Below, one piece after another: positions 52,372 to 62,079 of a DNA stretch of 64,000 nt. The position numbers and the translations under genes were made by a program. The notes below the pieces were generated by a model. That model did no database searches and had not been told where the DNA came from. It worked only from the letters and a program-made list of their open reading frames with translations. Numbering within the stretch: the stretch's first letter is position 1; each line of letters begins with the position of its first letter. Where the stretch lies: assembly GCA_030655535.1 (NCBI GenBank), contig JAURVK010000068.1, forward strand, positions 7,316 through 71,315. Reading direction: 5' to 3'. This DNA is from Methylobacter sp. (GTDB lineage Bacteria; Pseudomonadota; Gammaproteobacteria; Methylococcales; Methylomonadaceae).

Positions 52372-52436
52372 AGGGGGCAAGGTTCAAGGCGAAAGGCGAA
52401 AGGCGAAGAATTTGGATGGCTTGTGGACTGCTTTTT

Positions 52437-54551
52437 TCACCTGCTCTCTCTCTTTAAAAAGTTTTTTAACAAATCACCGACACCAGGGCCTAATTTTTTG
52501 TCGATTTTATTGATTAACTTATCAATTTTGGCTTTGTTTTTATCGGTCAATAATGATGCTATATCTATGGAATAGGACGGCTTGCTGAACGTTCCGGCAA
52601 TATGGATGGCTGCTGCACCTTTAATTTGTTCCGGTTCACCGGCAGTCGCGTCGGCATTGAGTAACTTGGCATCGATTTTATAGTCCAGGGCTTCAGAATT
52701 TAGATTGACGCTGCCCTTGCCATCGACCTGTAATTTGGAGGATTTGGCGACAAGGTCGTTGTTTTGGATGATGCCGTTAGTGATGGTCGCCGTACCGCTC
52801 ATATCTGAAAATAATGTCTGGTCGTTTTTAGGGTCTGTGGGCAAAGCAGAACCTTTAATCAGCGCCTTGCCGCTATCGATTATTTGTTGCAGATTAAAAC
52901 CTTTAATAACGGAATCTTTAACCAGGAAACTCAAGCGGCCATTGAGTGAGGATTTAAGTTCATTAGTCTTATTGCCCTGTCCTTGCAGTTGGGTGGATGC
53001 GTTTACGATGCCGCTCATTCGAGCTTCACCCAGGTAGTCTTTCAGCAAAGGTTCGAGTTGTACATGATCGATTTTTTCGTTTACAGCCAGTGTCGGCTTG
53101 TCGTCGTGGGTATTCATGGTGAGATTGCCGGAATAGCTTCCCCGGTAAAACCGATTAACCGATTGTTGGGTGTTAATAATGCCGTTTTTTGCGTTTAGTT
53201 TGAGATGAATATCCTGCATAAGCAAGCCGTTGGCTTTAAGTTTTCCCATAGACACAGTGCCTGCGGCATTAAGTTTTCTCAAGGTTTCAACAGGCAGAGC
53301 GTTTGCGCCGACCGCTAAAACGATGGCCGGATTTGCAATCGGTTTGGATGCTTTATCGGCAGGAGGTAAATAACGGTCGAGATCAAGAGCATCAGTATGT
53401 AAATCAAATACGATAGCGGGTAATGCAAAGTCTTGAATGCCGACGGAACCGTTCACTTGGGTATCGTCCAGCGACAATAGCAGATTTTGCAGATCTGCCG
53501 ATTCAGCCGTGGCGGTCAAGTCAAAATTAATGGCCAGCTTGCTTAGGGCATTGGCATCCTGCCTCGCAGGCAACGCGATGGCCAATTGCTGCATCACTTT
53601 GGCGGGACTGAATGCTGCAATGCTGACCGGGCCTTGAAAAGAGGGTTTATCCTTAATGGCGGTGCCGGTTAATTCGGCTAACAGCGTCACATCGCCCGAT
53701 TGGAGCTGCAACCCGGAAATTTTAGCCGTTTGTTTTGTCAAATCCAGAGCTATATCGGCGACAGTTAATGCGGTGGTTAACGCTTTGCCGGGAACGCTTT
53801 CACCTGAGGTAGTGACTTGCAGGTCGGTACCGCGTAACGCAAAAATATCGAGTTGTTGATTAACGCTTAATTCGGTGTTGAGTTTGACGGCCTGGGTTAT
53901 TTGGGATTGGCTGTCTACAGCGATCAGGGAAACGGCTAAGCCTGCCGGTTTATCGAAGGTGAATTTATCGGCATTCAGGTTAAGATCTGTTATTTCGATG
54001 TGCTTTCCGGTTTGCCGGTCGTTCCAGTTAATCCGGGCATTTTCAATGGCCATGCCGCCGATGGCAAAAGTCGCCAGCGCTACGGTGGGTATTGGCTGTT
54101 CATCCTGTTTGCCTATGTCCCCGGTTGGGGCGGGCGGTATCTTCCCCGATCCGCTTAGATCGTCCCAGTTGCCGATGCCTTGTTCGTTTTTGGCAAGGTT
54201 TAAAACCAGGCCTTTTAAGACTATGCGGTTGACTTCTATTTTTTTTGATAACAGCGGCAGTAACCGTACTTTTACATTGCTTTGTTCTAGGGTTGCAAAA
54301 GCTGGATCTTCAAATCCCGGCGCATTGCTCAGCTCCATTTTTCCGGTTGAAATACCGATCCAGGGAAATAGCGAAAGTTTTAATTCGCCATCCAGTATCA
54401 GGTCACGGCCGGTCTTATCTTTAACTGCGGCGGCAATTTCAGGCTTAAAGTCATTAGGATCGATAACGAAAGGCAGGATGCAGGCGGCGGCAATCAGCAG
54501 TAAAACCAGTGTAGCTATTGTCGATAAGATAATTTTAAACGGGTTTCCCAC
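52437..54551 (-). CDS. asmA: AsmA family protein
   Basis: N-terminal anchor, DPNDFKPEI...LSLFPW; asmA-mutY-yggX synteny; GTG start assumed. Confidence 0.85.
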   Translation of the reverse strand: MGNPFKIILSTIATLVLLLIAAACILPFVIDPNDFKPEIAAAVKDKTGRDLILDGELKLSLFPWIGISTGKMELSNAPGFEDPAFATLEQSNVKVRLLPLLSKKIEVNRIVLKGLVLNLAKNEQGIGNWDDLSGSGKIPPAPTGDIGKQDEQPIPTVALATFAIGGMAIENARINWNDRQTGKHIEITDLNLNADKFTFDKPAGLAVSLIAVDSQSQITQAVKLNTELSVNQQLDIFALRGTDLQVTTSGESVPGKALTTALTVADIALDLTKQTAKISGLQLQSGDVTLLAELTGTAIKDKPSFQGPVSIAAFSPAKVMQQLAIALPARQDANALSKLAINFDLTATAESADLQNLLLSLDDTQVNGSVGIQDFALPAIVFDLHTDALDLDRYLPPADKASKPIANPAIVLAVGANALPVETLRKLNAAGTVSMGKLKANGLLMQDIHLKLNAKNGIINTQQSVNRFYRGSYSGNLTMNTHDDKPTLAVNEKIDHVQLEPLLKDYLGEARMSGIVNASTQLQGQGNKTNELKSSLNGRLSFLVKDSVIKGFNLQQIIDSGKALIKGSALPTDPKNDQTLFSDMSGTATITNGIIQNNDLVAKSSKLQVDGKGSVNLNSEALDYKIDAKLLNADATAGEPEQIKGAAAIHIAGTFSKPSYSIDIASLLTDKNKAKIDKLINKIDKKLGPGVGDLLKNFLKRESR

Positions 54552-54693
54552 AATACTCTCCTTACGTAAAAATGTAATGACAATCAATTATGGAATATGA
54601 ATGTCTACTTATAACAGCTGTTGCCAGTTAAACGCTAATTGGGTAGAGTCTAAATCACTGTCTGCTTATTATAATTAAAAACGAGGTGTAAAA

Positions 54694-54978
54694 ATGTTGC
54701 ATTTGGCTAGATTTGCTGCGATTGCAGTTCTTGTATGGTTTTATATGACCGCAAAGGAAAAAGGAGAGTCGCCTATTAACTGGGCTATCACCGGATTGAT
54801 TGGTTATTGGATCACCTGGTGGGTGGTTAAGCTGGCAGTGGTTCCGGGTTTAATGGGAATGGTTGCTAAAAATCCCACAGGCGCTTTTTTGGTTTATCAG
54901 ATACCCGCTCTATGCGCAATCGGTGCGGCTTTTTTTATCAGAAAGAAATTGTTGGCAGGTGCTGCTGAAAAAAATTAA
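54694..54978 (+). CDS. Small membrane protein, hypothetical
   Basis: SD GAGGTG; three hydrophobic segments. Confidence 0.7.
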   Translation: MLHLARFAAIAVLVWFYMTAKEKGESPINWAITGLIGYWITWWVVKLAVVPGLMGMVAKNPTGAFLVYQIPALCAIGAAFFIRKKLLAGAAEKN

Positions 54979-55044
54979 ATGGCAATATAAAACGCGGGCA
55001 CTGTTTCATTCGCGGATGTTGATTTCAGGGGGTGTCATTTGTTT

Positions 55045-55103
55045 TTACCATGAAGAGCATGAAGGGCTCGAAGAATTTACTGTATTTACTTCCTTCATGG
55101 TAA
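55045..55103. repeat. Palindrome with 9-bp-periodic left arm
   Basis: TTACCATGAAGAGCATGAAGGGCTCGAAG...CTTCATGGTAA. Confidence 0.65.
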
Positions 55104-55233
55104 TAAAAACAAGTTATAAGCTGGATAAAGGATCAATGAGATATTGTTACGCATCAGCACCCTCATTCCCCTTGCCCGATTCTTTGATTATGTTGAAAAT
55201 AGCGGCACATCAGGAGTGCAACCCAATAACAAC

Positions 55234-55863
55234 ATGAACCTAAAAAAACGCCTGGAAATTTTCGATCGACTGGCTGTAGCCATACCCGAACCGACTACGG
55301 AACTGCATTCCACCAGTCACTTTGAGTTATTAATTGCGGTGGTTTTATCGGCTCAGGCGACCGATAAGGGCGTTAATAAAGCGACCGCTAAATTATTTCC
55401 CGTCGCCAACACGCCCCGCGACATTTTGGCGCTGGGCGAGACGGGCTTGAAAGAATACATCAAGACCATCGGCTTATTTAACAGCAAGGCGGCTCATATC
55501 ATCACGCTTTGTCGGCAATTGCTCGATAAGCATGAAGGTCAGGTGCCGGAAACGCGGGAACAGTTGGAAGCGCTGGCGGGAGTCGGCAGAAAGACCGCCA
55601 ATGTGATACTCAATACAGCTTTTGGCCGACATACGATTGCGGTGGATACGCATATCTTCAGGGTTGCCAACCGTACCGGCATTGCGCCCGGTAAAAATGT
55701 GCGGGAAGTGGAACGCAAGCTGGATAAATGGGTGCCTAAACAGCATAAAAAAGATGCGCATCATTTGCTGATTCTGCATGGTCGTTACACCTGTATTGCC
55801 AGAAAGCCGCGTTGCCAGAGCTGTGTGATTGAAGATTTGTGCGAATACCAGCAAAAAACCTAG
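55234..55863 (+). CDS. nth: Endonuclease III
   Basis: LSAQATD, GVGRKTANV, VDTH and C-terminal 4Fe-4S cysteines; start at MNLKKR. Confidence 0.96.
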   Translation: MNLKKRLEIFDRLAVAIPEPTTELHSTSHFELLIAVVLSAQATDKGVNKATAKLFPVANTPRDILALGETGLKEYIKTIGLFNSKAAHIITLCRQLLDKHEGQVPETREQLEALAGVGRKTANVILNTAFGRHTIAVDTHIFRVANRTGIAPGKNVREVERKLDKWVPKQHKKDAHHLLILHGRYTCIARKPRCQSCVIEDLCEYQQKT

Positions 55864-56016
55864 ATTCCAACCTTGAACCTTGAACCTCTTTTTTCATTCT
55901 TTATTCAGTCGATTTTGATATGATAAGCTGCATTTGATATTTTTTACGTATCGAGATATTTCCCGACCTAACCGCCGGGAGCGGATTGAAACTTATACCA
56001 ATACTCTGGAGTCAAA

Positions 56017-56577
56017 ATGAAAAAAATTAATAAAACACCTTTAGCTGCTGCAATGGGCGTTGCTTTTTTATCAACTTTTGCTGCAACTGCGGTTAATGCG
56101 GAAGCTAATCCTTTCGGTATAACTGAAATGTCTTCCGGTTACATGCAAGTAGCTGCTGCCGATAAAGCGGCTGAAATGGCTTGCGGTGCGGCCATGGGCG
56201 GCATGGAAAAGCCTAAAACAGCCGAAGGCGCATGTGCCGGTAATAAAAAAACTAAAGAAGCAAAAGCTGCTGACGGTTCATGCGGTTCGATGATGAAAGA
56301 CGGCAAAATGAAACCGGGTATGGAAGCTGCCTGCGGCGCGATGATGAAAGGTAAAGAAGGCGCTTGCGGCGATATGGCTAAAGGCAAGGAAGGCGCATGT
56401 GGCGCTCAATGCGGCGAAGGCATGAAGTCTTGCGATGCAGCAAAAACCAAAGAAGGTGCTTGTGGCGCGATGATGAAAGGTTGCGGCGAAGATATGAAAG
56501 GTTGCAGCGAAATGTCTAAAGGCAAAGAAGGCGCTTGCGGCGACAAAATGAAAGCTAAAGACGCAGCCGGAAAATAA
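56017..56577 (+). CDS. Exported Cys/Met-rich RiPP precursor (HvfA/EGKCG-like, here EGACG repeats)
   Basis: Signal peptide, ANPF...GY motif, 12 Cys mostly in E-G-A-C-G-like repeats; directly upstream of DUF692. Confidence 0.88.
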   Translation: MKKINKTPLAAAMGVAFLSTFAATAVNAEANPFGITEMSSGYMQVAAADKAAEMACGAAMGGMEKPKTAEGACAGNKKTKEAKAADGSCGSMMKDGKMKPGMEAACGAMMKGKEGACGDMAKGKEGACGAQCGEGMKSCDAAKTKEGACGAMMKGCGEDMKGCSEMSKGKEGACGDKMKAKDAAGK

Positions 56578-56599
56578 GTTTAAATCGCGTCATTTAGTG

Positions 56600-56626
56600 C
56601 AGAGGGCATGGTAATCATGTCCTCTC
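56600..56626 (+). terminator. Hairpin after the precursor gene
   Basis: GAGGGCATG-GTAAT-CATGTCCTC; no long U tract, so possibly an mRNA-stabilising stem. Confidence 0.45.
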
Positions 56627-56655
56627 GTTCCCATCAAATCAGATAAGGTGTTCTT

Positions 56656-57507
56656 ATGGACACAAGCCAAAATCTCGTTCACGGCGCCGGATTAGGTCTA
56701 CGGCGGTCTTTTTTAAGTCAAATTGTAGAATCGCCTCCCGAAGAGGTCGGCTTTTACGAAGTCGCGCCGGAAAACTGGATCACCATCGGCGGAAAATACG
56801 GCAAACAGTTTCGGGCGATGACCGAACGCTTTGATTTTATTTGCCATGGATTATCGTTGTCGATAGGCAGTACCGATCCGTTGGATGAAAAATTCGTCCG
56901 TGAAGTCAAGCAGTTCATGGCCGAACATCAAATCAAATTTTACAGCGAACATCTAAGTTATTGCAGCAAGGACGGGCATTTATACGATCTGATGCCGATT
57001 CCGTTTACCTCGGAAGCGGTGACTCATGTTGCAGCAAGGATCAAGCGCGTCCAGGATATTCTGGAGCATAAAATAGCCATCGAAAACGTGTCCTATTACG
57101 CAGCACCCGGCCAGGAAATGGCCGAGATCGATTTTTTCAATGCCGTTATCGAAGAAGCGGACTGCGATGTGCTGATCGACATCAACAATATTTACGTGAA
57201 CAGCGTTAACCACGGCTACGATGCCGAAGCCTTTTTAAAAGCCATGCCTGCACACCGTATCGCTTACGCACACATCGCCGGACATTATGTGGAGGCAGAA
57301 GATTTTTTGGTCGACACCCACGGTGCAGATGTAATCGACCCGGTCTGGAAATTGCTGGGCAAAGCTTATGAGCTTTACGGCGTGTTTCCGACGCTGTTGG
57401 AGCGGGATTTTAATCTCCCGGCGATGGATGAGTTAATCAAGGAAGTTAACACCATCAGCGCCATACAAAAGGCCTGGGGCACACAACATGCACGACAATT
57501 CGCCTGA
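56656..57507 (+). CDS. DUF692 multinuclear non-heme iron oxidative enzyme (MNIO)
   Basis: GLGLRR, EVAPENW, HGLSLS, SEHLS, ENV, DINNIYVN, HIAGH, DTHG and LLERD motifs. Confidence 0.95.
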   Translation: MDTSQNLVHGAGLGLRRSFLSQIVESPPEEVGFYEVAPENWITIGGKYGKQFRAMTERFDFICHGLSLSIGSTDPLDEKFVREVKQFMAEHQIKFYSEHLSYCSKDGHLYDLMPIPFTSEAVTHVAARIKRVQDILEHKIAIENVSYYAAPGQEMAEIDFFNAVIEEADCDVLIDINNIYVNSVNHGYDAEAFLKAMPAHRIAYAHIAGHYVEAEDFLVDTHGADVIDPVWKLLGKAYELYGVFPTLLERDFNLPAMDELIKEVNTISAIQKAWGTQHARQFA

Positions 57508-58276
57508 GACCGAGATGAGCGTCGACTTTAAAGCCAAACAGCTGGAGTTTTCAGCCTATATCCGGAACCCTGAAAACAATCCGCCGCCTGTCGATGTTCA
57601 GCCGCAGCGCATGGCGATGTATCGCGAGCTGTTTTTTAATAATATCGACAGTTTTTTGTCAGCCAATTTTCCGGTGTTGCAGGCAATATTGGATGACCGA
57701 CAATGGTTTGAGCTGGGGCAGGATTTTTTTGCCAAGCATGTCAGTCGTTCGCCGCATTTTTCAAAAATCCCGGAAGAGTTTCTGGATTATCTGCAAAACG
57801 AGCGGGACGGCTCGAATGATTTTCCGTTTATGCTGGAGCTGGCGCATTACGAATGGGTGGAAATGGCTTTATCCATTGCCAAGGAAACCGTACCCGATCG
57901 TCAGAATCCGGATAACCTGCCTTATCAGCGCATCCGGTTGTCGCCTTTGGCTTGGCCGCTGGCTTATCAATATCCCGTCCAAAAAATATCGCCCGATTTT
58001 TTGCCTGAAACGGCGCCGGAACAAGCCACGTTCTTGGTCGTTTATCGCGATCCCGATGACGAGGTTAATTTTATAGAAATTACCCCGATTACTTACCGAT
58101 TGCTGGAAATAATTCAGGAGCATGACGAGGTATTGGTTGAAGATTGCCTAAAGCAAGTTACCGAGGAAATGAATCATCCCAATCCTGAAATGATTATCGC
58201 TGGCGGCTTGCAGATACTAAAAGAATTGGCTGAAAAGACGATTATTACGGTTGCTGACTTGGGTAGGCAGAAATAA
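57488..58276 (+). CDS. DUF2063 MNIO partner protein
   Basis: F..YIRNP, RMAMYRELFFNN and ELAHYEWVE motifs; follows DUF692. Confidence 0.9.
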   Translation: MHDNSPETEMSVDFKAKQLEFSAYIRNPENNPPPVDVQPQRMAMYRELFFNNIDSFLSANFPVLQAILDDRQWFELGQDFFAKHVSRSPHFSKIPEEFLDYLQNERDGSNDFPFMLELAHYEWVEMALSIAKETVPDRQNPDNLPYQRIRLSPLAWPLAYQYPVQKISPDFLPETAPEQATFLVVYRDPDDEVNFIEITPITYRLLEIIQEHDEVLVEDCLKQVTEEMNHPNPEMIIAGGLQILKELAEKTIITVADLGRQK

Positions 58277-58348
58277 GTCGGTGGGTGTTGCCGGAAACGC
58301 CTGTTTTCGCTGTCGCTCGAACAAGCTTATTCCGGTTTACAGGGCTAA

Positions 58349-58813
58349 TCAATTAACCTGCGGCGCCCTGGAAAAATTAGGTCCTTTAGGATGGGCGTTC
58401 TGTTGCAGGCAATGATAAGCCGCATTTTCATACTTGATGACTAAAGACTGGGCATTTTTATGCTCGCCGATAAATTTTTCGGCTTCTTCTGCGGTTAAAT
58501 CTTTCATCAAAAATTTAGCGATACACATGCAAGGCTGAGTATATTGCGCCGCATCGGCCTCTTTATTAGTTGAATGCTTCAATTCTCTTTGTACGCATTG
58601 CTTGGCAAAATCATGCTCAAATTTGTGTTTTTGTATATCGGTCACTGGGGTGTCATGGGAATGATCGAAGGGATTATGTACTGCGGCAACGGTCGCAGGT
58701 TTTGCGGCTGGCGTTTTTTCTTTATCATCCGAACAACCGGTCATTGATAATGCGATAGTCATGCCGATCAATGCAGCAATAAAGATTTTTTTTGTAAATA
58801 GGGTCGTTTTCAT
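58349..58813 (-). CDS. His/Cys-containing lipoprotein, hypothetical
   Basis: Lipobox MTGC, HNPFDHSHD and four further Cys. Confidence 0.75.
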   Translation of the reverse strand: MKTTLFTKKIFIAALIGMTIALSMTGCSDDKEKTPAAKPATVAAVHNPFDHSHDTPVTDIQKHKFEHDFAKQCVQRELKHSTNKEADAAQYTQPCMCIAKFLMKDLTAEEAEKFIGEHKNAQSLVIKYENAAYHCLQQNAHPKGPNFSRAPQVN

Positions 58814-58978
58814 AAATTTAAAATCGTAAATAGTCTAATCAGGGTTATTCGAACTTTATCATTTTATTAGCACTGGTTCTACTCTTCGTCGTCGTTCATA
58901 TCAAGATGTTTGCAAATAGCGCTATTCGTTGTGCGTCTGTTTTCGTTATCATGGGGTTTTCATTGATGATTTTCGCCC

Positions 58979-61891
58979 ATGTCTTTTATTAACAACCTCG
59001 AAGCCGAATTTGCAGCGCTACCGGATCGGTTAACAGCAACGGCCATTGATTCGCTGGCGAAATGGGATGAACGGGTCAAGGCGCTTAAGCTTGATTTTAC
59101 TCAAACGCCTGAGTTTAACGCATCGATTGCCAAGGTTTGGTGTTCCAGTCTGTTTGTTGCCGAGAGCTGCACCCGCAAGCCTGAGTTGCTGGCCGATCTG
59201 GTCAATTCCGGCGATTTATCGGCTATCTATGGCGAAAACAGTTATGTCGAAAAATTAGCGCAATCGCCTGCCGACTCGCAAGCCGGATTAATGATCAAAC
59301 TGCGCCATTTCCGGCGCAGGGAAATGGTCAGGATAGCGTGGCGGGATTTGGCCGGTTGGGCCGAATTATCGGAAACGCTGAGCGATTTATCGCATCTGGC
59401 CGATGCCTGCATTCAATATGCGCTGGATTTTCTCTATCGAGAGGCCTGCGAGCTGCGCGGCACGCCATTATTAGCCGACGGCACACCTCAGCAGATCGTG
59501 GTGCTGGGCATGGGCAAATTGGGCGCTTACGAATTGAATTATTCTTCCGACATCGACCTGATTTTCGCCTACGCAGAAGACGGCGTATTGCCGGACAGGA
59601 AAGAAACCACCTATGGCGAGTTTTTTACCAAGCTGTGCCGCAGTCTGGTGAAGGTTCTGGATGAGAGCACCGTGGACGGCTTTGTATTTCGTACCGATAT
59701 ACGTTTAAGGCCTTATGGCGATAGCGGCCCTATCATCATGAACTTTGACGGCATGGAAAACTATTACCAGACCCAGGCCAGGGAATGGGAGCGTTATGCG
59801 ATGATTAAGGTGCGCCAAGTTGCCGGGGATTTTACCGTGGGCGCACAACTGATGGTCATGTTCAGGCCTTTTGTGTACCGCCGTTATCTCGATTACGGCG
59901 CGTTCGAAGAATTGCGTTCGTTAAAGGCGCAGATCACCCAGGAGTTAAGGCGCAAAGACCGCAGGGAAAATATCAAGCTGGGGCCGGGCGGCATCCGCGA
60001 AATCGAATTTATCGGCCAAGCTTTTCAGCTGATACGCGGCGGCAATGACAAAGCCTTGCAAACGCGTCCCATTCTGGATGTCTTGCAACTGCTAGGCGAG
60101 CTGGAGTTGCTGCCGCAAGCCGATGCCGATCAATTAAAGCAGTCATACCGCTTTTTGCGCCGGGTGGAAAACCATATCCAGCAATATCAAGATCTGCAAA
60201 CCCACGATTTGCCGTCAGACCCGTCAGTGCAGCGGATATTGGCGTATTCGCTGGATTATTCCGACTGGGCTGGCTTTAAGCATGACCTGGATAAGGTAAG
60301 AGCACAGGTGCACGAAGTCTTCGACCAGGTTTTTTCGTTATCAAAACAGGATAGTACCAATCAGAACAGCCAAAAAATCTGGGCTTGCGTGGCCGATGAT
60401 TCCGAGTTGATGGATTATCTAAAAGAATGCGGCATTGATGATACCGGCACCCTACTGGCTGCAATAAAAGATTTTAAACATTGCGCCGCCATCAGAAGAA
60501 TGACGACCAAAGGTGCGGGCGTACTGGATCGGTTGATGCCGCAATTAATAGAAGCCGTGCAGCAGGTTGATAACCCGGATGAGACCTTGTTGCGGATACT
60601 TGGCTTGTTTGAGGCGGTAGCGGGCCGGAATGTGTATTTATCGTTATTGTCTGAGAATCCTAATGCCCTGTCTCAATTGATAAAATTATCATCGGCCAGT
60701 CCGTGGATTTGCGCTTATTTATCGCATTATCCGGTGTTATTCGATGAATTGCTCGATACTCGTTCTCTTTACGAGCCGCTTAAAAAAACCGATCTTGATC
60801 AACAGCTCGATATTTTGCTGGCTCAAATTGAGGTACAGGATTTGGAACAGCTGATGGTGGTGCTGCGCCAGTTTAAACAATTGAATGTGTTAAGAGTGGC
60901 CGCCGCCGATATTATGGGCGCAATTCCGCTGATGGTGGTCAGCGATTATCTGACCTATATCGCCGAAAGCATCGTCAGCCATGTTGTTGAACGTGCGTGG
61001 CTGATGCTGACCGACAAGCACGGCTTGCCGCCCGATACCGATAATACTTCCTTAGGCTTTGCGGTCATCGGTTTCGGCAAACTGGGCGGTATCGAGCTGG
61101 GCTACGGTTCCGATCTGGATCTGGTATTTTTGTACGATTGCCGGGACGGCAATGCGATGACCAATGGCAAAGCTTTCGCTCCTGCTCACGCCCCTCGCCT
61201 ACGTCCTGTAGGCGAAAAGCCGATTTCCTGCGCCCAGTTTTATGGTCGTTTGGGGCTGAGGGTTAGGCATATTCTGGATACCAAAATGTTGTCCGGCGTG
61301 CTTTACGAAGTGGATATGCGCTTGCGGCCCAATGGCGACTCCGGCTTGTTGGTCGGTCATATCAATGCTTACGAGGATTATTTGAAAAATCAGGCTTGGA
61401 CCTGGGAGTTACAGGCGCTGGTCAGAGGCCGGTTTGTTGCCGGTGATCCGCAATTGAAAGTTCAGTATGAGGCTATTCGCAGTCGGGTTTTGAGTTTGCC
61501 TCGGGATACTGAAAGCTTAAAAAAAGAAGTCCGCGAGATGCGCGAAAAAATGCGCGAGGCTTCGGCGGCCAATAAAGACCAGTTTGATCTCAAACAAAGC
61601 AAAGGCGGTATTGCTGATATTGAGTTTATAGTACAATTCGGTGTTTTAGATCGGGCCGCTAGAAATGTAGCGTTAACGACCTACACCGATAATGTAAGGC
61701 TGCTGGAAGGCTTGCAACAGCAGGGTTTTATGTCCCAAGCCGATGCGGAAACACTTAAAAATGCTTACTGCACCTATCGGGATTTCGGTCATAAACAGGT
61801 CTTGCAAGGGGATAAGGCGGTTATCGCCGAGGCCGAAGTGGCCAAAATAAGCGCTCAAGTCGAACAGATTTGGCATAAATACATGGAGTAG
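58979..61891 (+). CDS. glnE: Glutamine synthetase adenylyltransferase with a 15-aa insertion
   Basis: GMGKLG..ELNYSSDIDL and GFGKLGGIELGYGSDLDL nucleotidyltransferase motifs. Confidence 0.97.
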   Translation: MSFINNLEAEFAALPDRLTATAIDSLAKWDERVKALKLDFTQTPEFNASIAKVWCSSLFVAESCTRKPELLADLVNSGDLSAIYGENSYVEKLAQSPADSQAGLMIKLRHFRRREMVRIAWRDLAGWAELSETLSDLSHLADACIQYALDFLYREACELRGTPLLADGTPQQIVVLGMGKLGAYELNYSSDIDLIFAYAEDGVLPDRKETTYGEFFTKLCRSLVKVLDESTVDGFVFRTDIRLRPYGDSGPIIMNFDGMENYYQTQAREWERYAMIKVRQVAGDFTVGAQLMVMFRPFVYRRYLDYGAFEELRSLKAQITQELRRKDRRENIKLGPGGIREIEFIGQAFQLIRGGNDKALQTRPILDVLQLLGELELLPQADADQLKQSYRFLRRVENHIQQYQDLQTHDLPSDPSVQRILAYSLDYSDWAGFKHDLDKVRAQVHEVFDQVFSLSKQDSTNQNSQKIWACVADDSELMDYLKECGIDDTGTLLAAIKDFKHCAAIRRMTTKGAGVLDRLMPQLIEAVQQVDNPDETLLRILGLFEAVAGRNVYLSLLSENPNALSQLIKLSSASPWICAYLSHYPVLFDELLDTRSLYEPLKKTDLDQQLDILLAQIEVQDLEQLMVVLRQFKQLNVLRVAAADIMGAIPLMVVSDYLTYIAESIVSHVVERAWLMLTDKHGLPPDTDNTSLGFAVIGFGKLGGIELGYGSDLDLVFLYDCRDGNAMTNGKAFAPAHAPRLRPVGEKPISCAQFYGRLGLRVRHILDTKMLSGVLYEVDMRLRPNGDSGLLVGHINAYEDYLKNQAWTWELQALVRGRFVAGDPQLKVQYEAIRSRVLSLPRDTESLKKEVREMREKMREASAANKDQFDLKQSKGGIADIEFIVQFGVLDRAARNVALTTYTDNVRLLEGLQQQGFMSQADAETLKNAYCTYRDFGHKQVLQGDKAVIAEAEVAKISAQVEQIWHKYME
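61169..61213 (-). repeat. 45-nt mini-element inserted in frame in glnE
   Basis: Reverse complement is 41/45 identical to the reconstructed element 49034-49063 + 49111-49125; encodes KAFAPAHAPRLRPVG. Confidence 0.88.
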
Positions 61892-62043
61892 GGGCGATCC
61901 GGCACGACTGCATGGACAGATATTTGCTCCTGCAATATCTGCATTCACCACATCCCTGTGGATTATGCAGGAGGTAGAGCAACGCAGGAGCAGTTGCCGA
62001 GGTCGCCCGTTTAAACAAGGGCGACCTGCCGGATCGCCCCTAC
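61888..62043. repeat. GTAG-type REP doublet interrupted by two nested mini-elements
   Basis: GTAGGGGCGATCCGGC|AGGTCGCCC pairs perfectly with GGGCGACCTGCCGGATCGCCCCTAC once 61904-61999 is removed. Confidence 0.88.
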
Positions 62044-62079
62044 AATAAAATAAATAAACTTAATATTGGAGAATAAACG

